Below are positions 40,377 through 50,454 of a stretch of 64,000 bases of DNA, piece after piece. The DNA lies in the NCBI GenBank assembly GCA_965367815.1, contig CBDUKN010000015.1:1-64000 (forward strand), read 5' to 3'. The notes below the pieces were generated by a model that saw only the letters and a list, made by a program, of their open reading frames with translations, searched no databases and was not told the origin of the DNA. This stretch comes from an uncultured Thermoprotei archaeon (GTDB lineage Archaea > Thermoproteota > Thermoprotei > Thermofilales > B15-G2). The translations under genes and the position numbers were made by a program. Position 1 is the first letter of the stretch. Every line of letters begins with the position of its first letter.

Positions 40377-41693
40377 GTGTACAGAGAAATCTTCAAGATT
40401 GCGTGGCCCGTCGTCGTAGCTAACTTAATCAGAGTTTCTTTCTTTACAATCGACACTATAATGATAGGACATCTCGGCGCAGCTACTTTAGCTGCTGTCG
40501 GCCTAGGAGGCCAGATACTTGATATGTTTTCTATTATCTCGTCTGCTCTCTCGGTAGGTGTTTTAGCAATATGTGCTAGAAGAAAAGGTGAAGGTAGGGT
40601 AAATGAGGTATACAAGACTCTCGTAAACGCATTTATTTTAGCTATTTTGATATCCCTTCCCGCCTCTCTGGCTATGGCCCTATTTCCCAAGGAAATTCTC
40701 TCTATCTTTAAAGTAGAAGAAAGCGTCTTAGCCGAAGGAGCAGTATACTTGAGTATAAGCGCTCTCACGATACCTCTTTTCTTCATAGTAAGTACATTTG
40801 ATTCCGCCTTTAGAGGTGTAGGAGACACATTAACACCGATGATAGTCTCTAGTATCAGCGGCGGAGTAAAAGTAGCTTTGAACTATTTGCTCATTTTCGG
40901 GAAACATGGTTTTCCTGCTTTAGGTGTGGCTGGTTTAGCCGTATCATCTATTTTCGCTAGCATACTTAGCCTACTTATGTACTTCGCTATAGTCTACAGC
41001 CGCAAATTTGAAATCAAAAGAACAGCTTTAAGCGGTATACTCGACCTCGCTTTGTGGAAAAAAATAGCTTTAATAGGAGTCCCCTCTATGGTAGAAAACT
41101 TCTTTAGCCAGTTTGCGCGCCTACTTTACACCTATATGGTTGCTTTCTTCGGTACAACTGTTCTCGCCGCTAACGAAATCGGCATAAGGATAGAGTCTTA
41201 CTCGTTTATGCCCGGCTTTGCTTTTTCCGTAGCCTCAGCCTCTTTAGTAGGACAAAGTTTAGGAGAAGGAAACATAGATAAAGCTAAAAAGGTTTTCAAA
41301 GAGGCTTCAATAATTGCGGGCTCAATCATGTTTTTCGCCGCCTTAATATTCCTAGTGTTTCCCGAATATCTTTCTAGAATTTTCATAAGTGATCCCGAGG
41401 TAGTAGAGTATTCTGCTCTTTATTTGCGTATAATGGCTTTTCAGCAACCTTTTCTTGGAATCTACATGGTTTGTGCCGGAGGTATTAGAGGTAGCGGTGA
41501 TACTAAAACACCGCTCTACATCTCACTTATATCTACTTACAGCTGCAGAATAGGGCTAGGTTACTTGCTAGGCTTTATTTTAGGCCTAAACGCCGCTGGA
41601 GTTTGGCTTGGCGGACTCTTCGACTTTATAGTCAGGTCTATCCTTATTTACCTGGCTTATAAAAAAGGCGACTGGTGTAAAATAAAAATATAA
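40377..41693 (+). CDS. MATE family efflux transporter
   Basis: IAWP..IDTIMIGHLG..LAAVG, RGVGDT..PM and RGSGDTKTP. Confidence 0.95.
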   Translation: MYREIFKIAWPVVVANLIRVSFFTIDTIMIGHLGAATLAAVGLGGQILDMFSIISSALSVGVLAICARRKGEGRVNEVYKTLVNAFILAILISLPASLAMALFPKEILSIFKVEESVLAEGAVYLSISALTIPLFFIVSTFDSAFRGVGDTLTPMIVSSISGGVKVALNYLLIFGKHGFPALGVAGLAVSSIFASILSLLMYFAIVYSRKFEIKRTALSGILDLALWKKIALIGVPSMVENFFSQFARLLYTYMVAFFGTTVLAANEIGIRIESYSFMPGFAFSVASASLVGQSLGEGNIDKAKKVFKEASIIAGSIMFFAALIFLVFPEYLSRIFISDPEVVEYSALYLRIMAFQQPFLGIYMVCAGGIRGSGDTKTPLYISLISTYSCRIGLGYLLGFILGLNAAGVWLGGLFDFIVRSILIYLAYKKGDWCKIKI

Positions 41694-41696
41694 AGT

Positions 41697-42704
41697 CTAC
41701 TTGACTACTGCGTGTTTTTCCCAGCTTTTAACAACTTTTAGCGTTAAATCTAGTGTTTTTGCTCCTTCTTCTATAGGGACAGGCGTTTCTTCGCCTTTCT
41801 TAACGCACTCTATGAATATCCTATCTTCTTTCAGAATCAAGTCCTCTCTGCTATTATACTCAGTGTAGGGCTTTTCTTCACTTCTCCAGTAAAGCTTCAG
41901 CGACCCTGCATCGAATTCTGCGGTAGCTTTCTCAGCTACAAGGAACCATGAATGTCTGCCTCCATAACTGCTCGCCGCCACGTTTGTAGCTATAATTGAT
42001 GCTATTGCTCCACTAGACATTTTGATTAGCGCTATGTGACCATCTTCTACAGTATAGTTAGGGTTATCTACACTCCAGAACTTATTCATATACGAATATA
42101 CTTCGACTGGCTCTCCGAAAAGATATCGTAAGAGATCATAGGTATGAGTTACTTGTTCTACAATTTGACCTCCACTTTTTGTTTTATCACACCACCAGCT
42201 CTTTGTCCGGAGGAAGGAAGTCATATCACAGAGATATGTGGCATATACTATTCCTAGTCTTCCTAGTTCACCTTTCTCTATCAGCTTTTTAAGCTCCACT
42301 ATCGGAAAGGCGTGTCTAAGCTGGTAGCCTACCTGCGTGACCACGCCGTGTTTTTTACAGGCTTCGACCATACTCCACGCGTGCTCGCTCGTCAGCGCAA
42401 TAGGTTTCTCTATGAACACCGCTATACCTTTTTCTGCCGCTAAGTGCACTTCATCTTTGTGAGCAAAAGGTGGAATGCATATGTATACTGCATCTAAGTC
42501 TTCTTTCTCGTACATTTCTCTGTAGTCTTTGTAAGCATTACCGCCGTATTTTTCGGCAGCTTCTTTAGCTTTCTCAAAAACAATGTCAGCAAAGGCGACA
42601 AGTTCTACATCCCTTATTTTCGTGAGACTTTTTAGATGTTGGCTAGCAATTGCTCCGAGGCCTACAACACCTACTCTAACCACAAGGGAAACTAGCAGAC
42701 ACAC
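41697..42704 (-). CDS. Gfo/Idh/MocA oxidoreductase
   Basis: VGVVGLGAIA, EKP and SGG..EQVTH. Confidence 0.9.
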   Translation of the reverse strand: MCLLVSLVVRVGVVGLGAIASQHLKSLTKIRDVELVAFADIVFEKAKEAAEKYGGNAYKDYREMYEKEDLDAVYICIPPFAHKDEVHLAAEKGIAVFIEKPIALTSEHAWSMVEACKKHGVVTQVGYQLRHAFPIVELKKLIEKGELGRLGIVYATYLCDMTSFLRTKSWWCDKTKSGGQIVEQVTHTYDLLRYLFGEPVEVYSYMNKFWSVDNPNYTVEDGHIALIKMSSGAIASIIATNVAASSYGGRHSWFLVAEKATAEFDAGSLKLYWRSEEKPYTEYNSREDLILKEDRIFIECVKKGEETPVPIEEGAKTLDLTLKVVKSWEKHAVVK

Positions 42705-42788
42705 TATAAATAACTAAGGTTTAAGACGAAAACAGCATCAGACCGCTACTACTATAGCTGCAGAAAATAGAAAAATAAAAGAAGACCA

Positions 42789-43562
42789 TTAAGTTTCTAT
42801 TCTTGATAATTCTTTCATAATTTTTAAAGCTTCTTCAAGAGAGTCTGTAGCCATGAGCACTCTGCGCTCAGCTACAACTTGCTCTCCTGTAGTAGGATTA
42901 TAGCCTATTTTTTCAACTGTAGTCCAGTGAACTAGTGAGCCGTAAAGAGCCCAGCTAGGTTTCTTGCCGATATCTATTCCCTGCTCTTTAAGCTCATCTA
43001 TCATTTGACTTAAGTGCGGAGTTTCTTTATCTTTGTAGACCTTATGGTACAGTTGACATACGTAATTATTGAAGCCTATTCTGACGCGATATAAGTAGTA
43101 TTTTTCGAGTTCATGAAAATCTACTTTAACTATCCTCGAGTCAAAGTATAGTGGTCTCTTAAGTCGAAGCGAAAGGTTAGCCGAGGCTAACGAAGCAGTA
43201 ATGCTAACTATTTTCTCTACTCTACCGCCATAGGGCACATACTTTAAGAAAAACATACTTATTTCGTCGCTTGTAGTATAGCAGGCGTCACAGTTAAAGA
43301 ACCTCATTAACTCATAGCAAGTTTTTACTAAAGCCATATGTACTTTGGGATCACGAGGCTGCTCATAGTCCTTTAAAGCTTTACCGAAGCCTACTCCATC
43401 AAGCCTAACTACAAAAGGACAAGAAACTTTTTCTTTAGAATAAATTTCAAGGTTTTTAAAGTACTCTTCTAACTCAACGATATTGAGTTCAAGTACCTTC
43501 GCGGAAATACCGACTTGCCCCATACAATCACCGCCTACTGGTGTTACTTTCATCTTCAGCAA
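42789..43562 (-). CDS. tRNA(His) guanylyltransferase Thg1-like protein
   Basis: VVRLDG, SDEIS, GRVEK and FDSR motifs; exact start uncertain. Confidence 0.9.
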   Translation of the reverse strand: MLKMKVTPVGGDCMGQVGISAKVLELNIVELEEYFKNLEIYSKEKVSCPFVVRLDGVGFGKALKDYEQPRDPKVHMALVKTCYELMRFFNCDACYTTSDEISMFFLKYVPYGGRVEKIVSITASLASANLSLRLKRPLYFDSRIVKVDFHELEKYYLYRVRIGFNNYVCQLYHKVYKDKETPHLSQMIDELKEQGIDIGKKPSWALYGSLVHWTTVEKIGYNPTTGEQVVAERRVLMATDSLEEALKIMKELSRIET

Positions 43563-43901
43563 CTACAGTAATTTTGTTTTACCACGCAACGCTTATTCAA
43601 ATACCTATTGACGCCGAAAATAATTGTTTTCATAAAAGGCCTCTTCGATAAATTGCATTATTCTAAATTTACATATATTTACATTACTTACTTCTGTAAA
43701 ATATACTGCAATAACCTTACATGAAGATCCATGAAGTAAGGCAGTTGACAAGCCAAAGCTTATCAAGCTTAATAAACAGTGGTTCTAGAAGAAGTTGTCT
43801 CCCTTATAACGCTTATTTAAGAAAGATTTGACATGGATTTCTCGATCACTTCTCATATATAAAAAGCTAAACTATTTCTTTTAGACTGACGCTTAGTCTA
43901 T

Positions 43902-44759
43902 GTGCCTAAGAAAGTGATTATAGATACTGATATCGGCGACGACATAGACGATGCTTTAGCATTAGCTTTAGCCGTCTCTCCTCCCGAGCTAGAGGTTTTA
44001 GCCATAACTACTGTTTACGGTAGAGTAGATTTGAGAGCAAAGCTTGCCGCTAAATTACTTACCTCATTAGGCAGACGCGATATTCCTGTAGCTAAAGGTT
44101 CTTCAAAAACTCTCCAAAACTATCTTCCAACACATATCCCGTGTCAAGCTGATGCACTAGGCCCTAAGGAAGAATACGATATTGTCGAAGACGGCTTAGC
44201 TTTAATGGAAGAGCTTCTAGACACAGAAGAAGATGTAACAGTAATTACGCTTGGCCCTCTTTCTAATATAGGTTTTCTTCTGAAGAAAAGACCTGAATTA
44301 GCGAAGAAAACTAGATTTGTTGTAATGGGCGGCTGCTTTTTCGAAAATAGGGTAGAGTACAATATTAGGTGTGATCCCGAGGCGGCCTCTCTCCTACTAG
44401 AGTCGGGAGCCGACATCACTATGGTAGGACTCGACGTGACATTAAAGTGTGTTATGCCGGACACTATGGTTCAAAAGCTTAAAGAAAACCCTAGGCTTGC
44501 CGTTTTAAGAAGCTATCTTGAGGCATGGTCAAAGAGAGTTAAGCATAACCCTATACTACACGATCCTCTGACAGTGGCTGTCTCGTTTAGAGAAGACTTA
44601 GTTAAAGTGTCTCCTGCTAGAATTGCCGTCGTATTAGATGAACCTAGCAGAGGCTTAACTAGAGTTATTAAAGGAAACCCCAACGCTAAAATATGCGTAG
44701 AAGTAGATGCAGAAAAGTTCCTTCAGCTATATTCAGAGAGAGTTATTGCTAAGCACTAA
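43902..44759 (+). CDS. inosine/uridine-preferring nucleoside hydrolase
   Basis: DTDIGDDIDD, LGPLSN, MGG, EYNI and HDP. Confidence 0.95.
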   Translation: MPKKVIIDTDIGDDIDDALALALAVSPPELEVLAITTVYGRVDLRAKLAAKLLTSLGRRDIPVAKGSSKTLQNYLPTHIPCQADALGPKEEYDIVEDGLALMEELLDTEEDVTVITLGPLSNIGFLLKKRPELAKKTRFVVMGGCFFENRVEYNIRCDPEAASLLLESGADITMVGLDVTLKCVMPDTMVQKLKENPRLAVLRSYLEAWSKRVKHNPILHDPLTVAVSFREDLVKVSPARIAVVLDEPSRGLTRVIKGNPNAKICVEVDAEKFLQLYSERVIAKH

Positions 44760-44934
44760 AACTATTTTAACGAAGTAAATCTTAAAATAAAACTTCACTG
44801 CCTTAATAACTCTTTTCGAACCTTTTTAATTTTACTTTAAACTACTTGATGACTAAAGTACCTGGTCTTTAACACATAGAGCAGAACTCGCCGAACTATT
44901 GTAGCCTCATCTTCGATGATTTCGATATTTTATT

Positions 44935-45993
44935 TTATATCCACCAGAAGAATCCTTTAGTCTTTTTTATGTATCTTCCCGTTATTAGTATTTCGGTTCC
45001 GCATTTTGGACATTTTTTGTCCTTTAGATTGTATTTAATTACTTTTGCTCCGTATCGTTTTATTAAGAGTTCTCCGCAGTTAGGACAATAAGTGTTTTCA
45101 TAGGGGTGTCCTGGAACGTTACCAATGTATGGGTAATTTACTCCCATTTTCTTTGCTTGCTTGTAAGCCCACTCTAGTTTCTCTACTTTAGTAGGAGGCT
45201 CATGATACATGTAGTCTGGATAGTATCGTGTGAAATGTAGTGGTGTATCCGGCCCTAGTTCCTTGAGGTGTCTTTCGATAGTTTCTATTATCATGTTTTC
45301 GTCGTCTGTTGCTTTAGTGACTACAAGGTATACTATTTCGACGTGCACTCCCATTCGTTTAGCTTCTCTAGCGTTTCTCCAAACCACATTTATGTCTGCC
45401 GAGTTATATTTTCGGTAGGCTTCAGTGTTTCCCTTGACGTCTATTTTCAGTCCGTCGAGCCCTGCTTCAACGAGCATTTTTAAGGCTTCTAGAGTCATGT
45501 AGCCGTTGCTCACGTAGGTATTGTAGAGTCCTTTCCTTCTAGCTAATCTAAATACGTCTAAAGAGTACTCGAAAAGGAGAGTTGGCTCGTTGAATGAAAC
45601 ACATGTTCCTTCGTCGCCCCATTTTAGTGCTTTCTCGATTACTCTTTCGGGAGGTATACACGTGGCTCTCGCTGGGTTAGGTTCTACTCTTGATAGAGTC
45701 CAGTTTTGGCACCAGGGGCAAGTGAAGTTACACGACCATGTGCTGAAAGTAATTGCAGTGGAACCTGGCCAGAAGTGGAAAAAAGGCTTTATTTCTATTG
45801 GCCTTGACTCAAGTGCAGACAGGTCTCCGTAGACTAGAGTATATATGTCTCCTCCAATATTTGTCCTAGTTTTACAGAATCCTTTGCCTCCTTCCTCGAT
45901 AACACATCTTCGCTCACATACTAGGCATCGTGCTTTGCCTCCCCTCAGTTTCTCATATAAGACTGCCTTTCTTATAGTAGAGAACTGCTCCAT
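44935..45993 (-). CDS. amrS: AmmeMemoRadiSam system radical SAM enzyme
   Basis: CLVCERRC, PIEIKPFFHF, CNFTCPWCQNW, NEPT and NTYCPNCG. Confidence 0.85.
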   Translation of the reverse strand: MEQFSTIRKAVLYEKLRGGKARCLVCERRCVIEEGGKGFCKTRTNIGGDIYTLVYGDLSALESRPIEIKPFFHFWPGSTAITFSTWSCNFTCPWCQNWTLSRVEPNPARATCIPPERVIEKALKWGDEGTCVSFNEPTLLFEYSLDVFRLARRKGLYNTYVSNGYMTLEALKMLVEAGLDGLKIDVKGNTEAYRKYNSADINVVWRNAREAKRMGVHVEIVYLVVTKATDDENMIIETIERHLKELGPDTPLHFTRYYPDYMYHEPPTKVEKLEWAYKQAKKMGVNYPYIGNVPGHPYENTYCPNCGELLIKRYGAKVIKYNLKDKKCPKCGTEILITGRYIKKTKGFFWWI

Positions 45994-46099
45994 CGAAATA
46001 ATAGTGGCGACGAATGTATTTAAAGAGTATTAGCTAAAGTGTTCCTTTTATTTAATAGATAGATAAAGTTTTTACGCTGCATGTAGAGACATTTACTGT

Positions 46100-47008
46100 A
46101 TGTTCGACGTAGTTATCATAGGGGGAGGCCCAGCTGGTTTGACTGCAGCTATATACTGTGCTAGATTCAAGCTTAAGACACTAGTCTTAGAGAGAGAAGT
46201 AATTGGAGGTAAAGCGGCTTACGCGCCTCTTATTGAAAACTATCCTGGTTTTCCTGAAGGCGTTAAGGGATTTGATTTAGCTCAGAAAATGTACGAGCAA
46301 GCTACTCGAAGCGGAGCTGAAGTACTGTTCCCAGAGGAAGTAGTTGAAGTAGATTTCTCTTCTAAAGTAAAGAAAATTGTTACGCGGAGCGGGAAGACAT
46401 ACGAAGCTAAAGCTGTCATTATCGCTACCGGCCTGTCTAAGAAGCCTCAAATCAAGGGCGTTGAAGAGTACTTAGGAAGAGGAGTCTCTTTCTGCGCAGT
46501 CTGTGACGCTCCCTTCTATAAGGGGAAAACTGTCGCTGTAGTAGGTTCTGATGAAAAGGCTTTTGAGGAAGCTATTTACTTGCAGGAGTATGCTTCGAGA
46601 GTTATTTTAGTGACTCACTCGGAGAAAATCGAGGCTCCGAACGTTCTTGTCGACAAGTTTGTGGAGAAAGGAGGTGAAGTAATAGAAGGTAGAGTTCTTG
46701 AAGTTAAGGGAGACTCTAAAGTAGAGAAGATTTTAGTTAAAAAAGGAGAAGAAGTAGGCGAGCTGAAAGTCGACGGCGTGTTTATTGAGGTAGGCGAGAC
46801 TCCTTCAACAGATCTGTTTAAGAAAGCTGGAGTAGAAGTCGATGAAAAGAACTTTATTAAAGTAGATCCTTTGCAGAGAACTAGTATTGAAGGTGTTTTC
46901 GCGGCGGGCGACTGTACTGGTAGAGGGCTGCAAGTAGTTGTTGCAGCAGGAGACGGAGCTGTAGCTGCGCTTTCTGCATACAAGTACATTAAGAGCACTT
47001 TCAAGTAG
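46100..47008 (+). CDS. trxB: thioredoxin reductase
   Basis: GGGPAG, ENYPG, CAVCD and FAAGD. Confidence 0.9.
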   Translation: MFDVVIIGGGPAGLTAAIYCARFKLKTLVLEREVIGGKAAYAPLIENYPGFPEGVKGFDLAQKMYEQATRSGAEVLFPEEVVEVDFSSKVKKIVTRSGKTYEAKAVIIATGLSKKPQIKGVEEYLGRGVSFCAVCDAPFYKGKTVAVVGSDEKAFEEAIYLQEYASRVILVTHSEKIEAPNVLVDKFVEKGGEVIEGRVLEVKGDSKVEKILVKKGEEVGELKVDGVFIEVGETPSTDLFKKAGVEVDEKNFIKVDPLQRTSIEGVFAAGDCTGRGLQVVVAAGDGAVAALSAYKYIKSTFK

Positions 47009-47042
47009 TAAATTAAATTTAACTGTCCTATAGTAAGTTTTT

Positions 47043-47546
47043 GTGAAAATCTATATCACAGTCATAGGGAGCTCTGTTATACCAAATAAACGTGTATATG
47101 ATTTAGCATACAGGATAGGCTATGAGATAGGCAGAAGGAAAGCAATTTTAGTGTGTGGAGGTAGAGGAGGAGTAATGGAAGCTGCTGCAAAAGGAGCTAA
47201 AGAAGCTGGAGGAACTACTGTCGGTATTTTGCCTGGTTTTGATAGAAGCGAAGCTAACCCTTACATAGACATAGTAATACCTACAGGCATGTCTCATGCA
47301 AGAAACGCTATTAATGTTCTAGCAGGAGACTCCATAATAGTTGTTCACGGTGGTCCAGGGACTTTATCAGAAGTTGGCTTAGCTTTAGCTTATGGTAAAC
47401 CTGTTATTGCCTTAAGAACTAGCGGAGGTGTAGCTAGTCTCTTGGCAGACCGTCTGATAGGAAGCTTTAAAGTACATGGTGCAGATTCTCCCGGAGAAGC
47501 CGTAGAAAAAGCTATCTTACTATCTAAAGCCAGAGAAGGACTATAA
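47043..47546 (+). CDS. TIGR00725 / LOG-family (SLOG) protein
   Basis: CGGRGGVMEA, ARN and GGPGTLSE. Confidence 0.9.
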   Translation: MKIYITVIGSSVIPNKRVYDLAYRIGYEIGRRKAILVCGGRGGVMEAAAKGAKEAGGTTVGILPGFDRSEANPYIDIVIPTGMSHARNAINVLAGDSIIVVHGGPGTLSEVGLALAYGKPVIALRTSGGVASLLADRLIGSFKVHGADSPGEAVEKAILLSKAREGL

Positions 47547-47770
47547 TATAGCCGAAAACAATGTTTTAGCTACTGAAGCACGTAAATAAGACTAGAGTAC
47601 CACGCTATCCAAGGCCATAAGACTCCTATGCTAGAGAGCACTATTGGATAAAAGCCCTGCTACTATTTTACAGAAAAATGATTTATATGAATAATAGTTT
47701 GCATAGAACCTAAAGGAATGTTATAAGCTTTTTCGTAATATTAATATATGGCTTTGAACATAGCTTAGCC

Positions 47771-48511
47771 GTGAAAAATGCTCTCTTAGCAGCTATTTTA
47801 GGATTATCTATTGCCTGTATTGTACTCTTCGCTCTCAGAATGCATATACTTGGCTTTACTCTCTTCTCAACAGGATTCGCGCTAATATAGGTCTTTTACT
47901 TAAGTTCACTATTTCGAATTATTAAAGAAAAGTTAGGTGAAAAACATAGACTGCTCTTCTACTTAAAGTACGTGGGTGCGGTAACTATTATCGTGTACAT
48001 AGGGTTTCTAATAGACTATATCGTTAGAATAGAGATCAGCAAACTACATATTAGAATAATGATAATTAATCTTGCTTGGCGAACTATAGTCGTAGTAATA
48101 CTTTTTGTAGTCACAGTGCTCCTTTACAGTGTTTACAAATGGTATAGGTCTACTGGAGGCCGTATTAAGAAAAATGCTCTTTTAGTAGCATCTATTTTAG
48201 CTATTTTAGTGCTTATTTGGAGAATAGAAACTCTAATGGCTATTAGGGGGCCCTTCTGCTTTATTTTCGGGCCTTTTGTAATAGTGTTCCTTACGCTAAT
48301 AGTGTTCTTCGCAACTATACTCGCTATGAGTATGCCTAAGGGAGTACTTCAAGGAGTTTTAGCGTCCTATATGCCTCTAATAGCAGTGCTCGCAGTAATG
48401 CTTACTTGTTCACCTAAACAGGAACTCCTGCTTTGTTCCTTCACTACAGGTATTGTGCAATTATTGCTAAAAAGTAAGTCTAGATATAAAATGTATAGTG
48501 GAGTGAAATGA
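47771..48511 (+). pseudogene. membrane protein, frameshifted near 47887
   Basis: GTG 47771 MKNALLAAILG..GFALI*; the shifted frame runs into ORF 47972..48511. Confidence 0.6.
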
Positions 48512-49334
48512 GGTTACTCGGTGTAGCAATACTGGATAAAAACGACTTACCTGTTTTAGTGAGGACTTATAAAGAAGACCTCAATATTGACGATATTTCA
48601 AACATGCTTTCAGTCGCCTGTTCTTTCTTATCTCAGTCTTCTACAGGAAGTGGGAGAGAAGCCTTTGTGTCAACTGGCGCGACCTCAATATACTACTTTA
48701 AGTTAGGAGAAAGAGGATGTCTAGTAGTGGGAGAAAAAGCTGATCAAGAAAGTCTTCTAAAGTCGCTAGAGTTCTCGTTGAAATAGAGTTTGATAAAATA
48801 GAGGCTCCGCTAGAAGAAGTGATGTATGCAATCGATAGAGTAGTGGCCGCTGTTTTCGGCGAAGACGATTTCGTTAAACAGATTTTAGGTGAAGAAATTC
48901 TTCAAAAATATAGAGTAGTTTTCGTAAACGGCGACAACGTAATTTCATTGAACTTCAGCATAGATGAAAATCTTTTACGTGGAATTAAAAAACTTATTAG
49001 AAAAATTAAGAAAAATACTTCTATTCAAGAAAAGACTCTTTCAAGTGGAGAAAAAGTGTTTACAGTGTACCTTGGCTCTAATAAAACTCTATGTCTTATA
49101 GGATCCGAACTGAACGAAAAAGCTAAAAGTAAGATAGAGCGTATAGTGAAGATTTTCCGAAAAGATGCTCCTTCAGTGCTTTTGACGGGAGAGCTTAAGA
49201 AAATGTACAATGCTGTAAGGGCATCTTATAGTCTCTTAATAGATAATGGAGAAGACTACATGCTTTCTCGAGGAGAATCCTTGAGAAAAATCATCGAAAA
49301 AATGTATAGAGAGCACTATGCGGGAACTCTATAG
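48508..49334 (+). pseudogene. longin/roadblock-like domain protein, frameshifted near 48770
   Basis: MRLLGVAILDKNDLPVLVRTY..ISNMLS.. N-terminus; shifted frame VLVEIEFDKIEAPLEEV joins ORF 48819. Confidence 0.5.
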
Positions 49335-49372
49335 GAGAAACATTTATTACACGTGATACTAGTATTACATGT

Positions 49373-49816
49373 ATGTTAGAGTCCGAGAAGAAACCTATTT
49401 CAGTTAGAGGAGTAGATAGGAGCCTCTATGATGAAGCAATGAAAATAGCGCGTGAAACAGGACGAACTATAGGTGAGGTAATAAATGAAGCACTAAAGCT
49501 CCTTTTAGCTTTCTATGAAGGCGTCTCAGAAAAAGTAACTTTCGAGAGCGGGCCTCCCGGAGTTGAGGAAATTTCGGGAGTAGAAAAGCTCGTAGTTTCT
49601 GAGGAAGATTTGAGGTCGGCATCTAGGCCTGTAATATTCAAGAATATTAAAAAACTCAAGTTTGCTGAAAATGTTACTCAAGAAACTTTCAACAATAAAG
49701 TACATTTAATAGTAACATGCGACGAAGTAATTATTCCTCGAACACTATCTAAACTCGAAGTAGCTAAGAAGTGTCGTCTCGTTAAAAAGCTGCATTACGA
49801 GAAGGACCCGGAGTGA
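49373..49816 (+). CDS. conserved hypothetical protein with a ribbon-helix-helix-like N-terminus
   Basis: ISVRGVDRSLY..IARETGRTIGEVINEAL. Confidence 0.7.
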   Translation: MLESEKKPISVRGVDRSLYDEAMKIARETGRTIGEVINEALKLLLAFYEGVSEKVTFESGPPGVEEISGVEKLVVSEEDLRSASRPVIFKNIKKLKFAENVTQETFNNKVHLIVTCDEVIIPRTLSKLEVAKKCRLVKKLHYEKDPE

Positions 49817-49876
49817 GGGATCAGGCGGTACTTCGACCCCCTTATCGGGGGGCATTCCCGCCTCTCATCCCTCACT
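49812..49876 (-). ncRNA. structured hairpin ncRNA adjacent to a DUF3800-like gene
   Basis: Three nested stems (10, 6 and 5 bp); on the minus strand the middle loop is GGAA/AGUAC (loop E); TTTAAAA box about 25 nt upstream on the minus strand. Confidence 0.65.
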
Positions 49877-49914
49877 TAACTATTCTAATTGACCTTATTT
49901 TAAATTTTCTTTTA

Positions 49915-50454
49915 GTGAAGCTTGTAGGCTTTGTTGATGAAAGCGGAAGACCAGTATATTGCTGTCGCTTCACAGTTGTTTGCTTATGGTGTATCGTCGA
50001 AGAAGGCACTTCATACTATTCTGTAGGAAGACAAATAGCCTCCAATATAGCTAAACTAAGTCGCCTGACGAAAGCTAGAGAACTTAAGTACTCTTACTTA
50101 AAGAAAAGGAAGATGGAGCAAAAAGCTTTAGAAGAGATATCTAAGTTTTTTAATATATCCCATGTTTCTGAACACATTTTATCTAGAGTAGAGTCTATTG
50201 AAACTAGAGTAAAATTTTGCAAAAAATTATTAAGCAATGTTCTTTCTCAAGCTCCTAAAGTAGACCGTGCAGTAATAATTTTTGATGAAAGCCCTGTTCC
50301 AATAAATGTTCTTAGAAAAAGACTTATCGCTATAATTAGAGGCCATGGAGTACATGAAGTCGAAATTAAAGCTAAAAGCAGTATTAAAGTTAAAGGTCTT
50401 CAGCTGGTGGATATTGTAGCAGGATATATCAGAGAAAGAGGTAAGCTACTTTAG
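49915..50454 (+). CDS. DUF3800-like protein; start probably GTG 49915 rather than 49813
   Basis: VGFVDESG at the N-terminus, ELKYS, IIFDE and GLQLVDIVAG at the C-terminus. Confidence 0.75.
   Translation: MKLVGFVDESGRPVYCCRFTVVCLWCIVEEGTSYYSVGRQIASNIAKLSRLTKARELKYSYLKKRKMEQKALEEISKFFNISHVSEHILSRVESIETRVKFCKKLLSNVLSQAPKVDRAVIIFDESPVPINVLRKRLIAIIRGHGVHEVEIKAKSSIKVKGLQLVDIVAGYIRERGKLL

Noticed and set aside
40229-40828. 199-aa minus-strand ORF and similar antisense ORFs (e.g. 33914..34423, 39200..39628, 62305..62814, 4490..4870)
   Set aside because: Shadow frames opposite well-supported genes, with no motifs of their own
44847-44895. TTGATGA...CCGA as a second box C/D sRNA
   Set aside because: No convincing D'/C' boxes, terminal stem or recognisable rRNA-complementary guide
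49813-49914. N-terminal extension of the DUF3800-like ORF
   Set aside because: It translates the hairpin and an AT-rich promoter-like tract; the family motif starts right after GTG 49915
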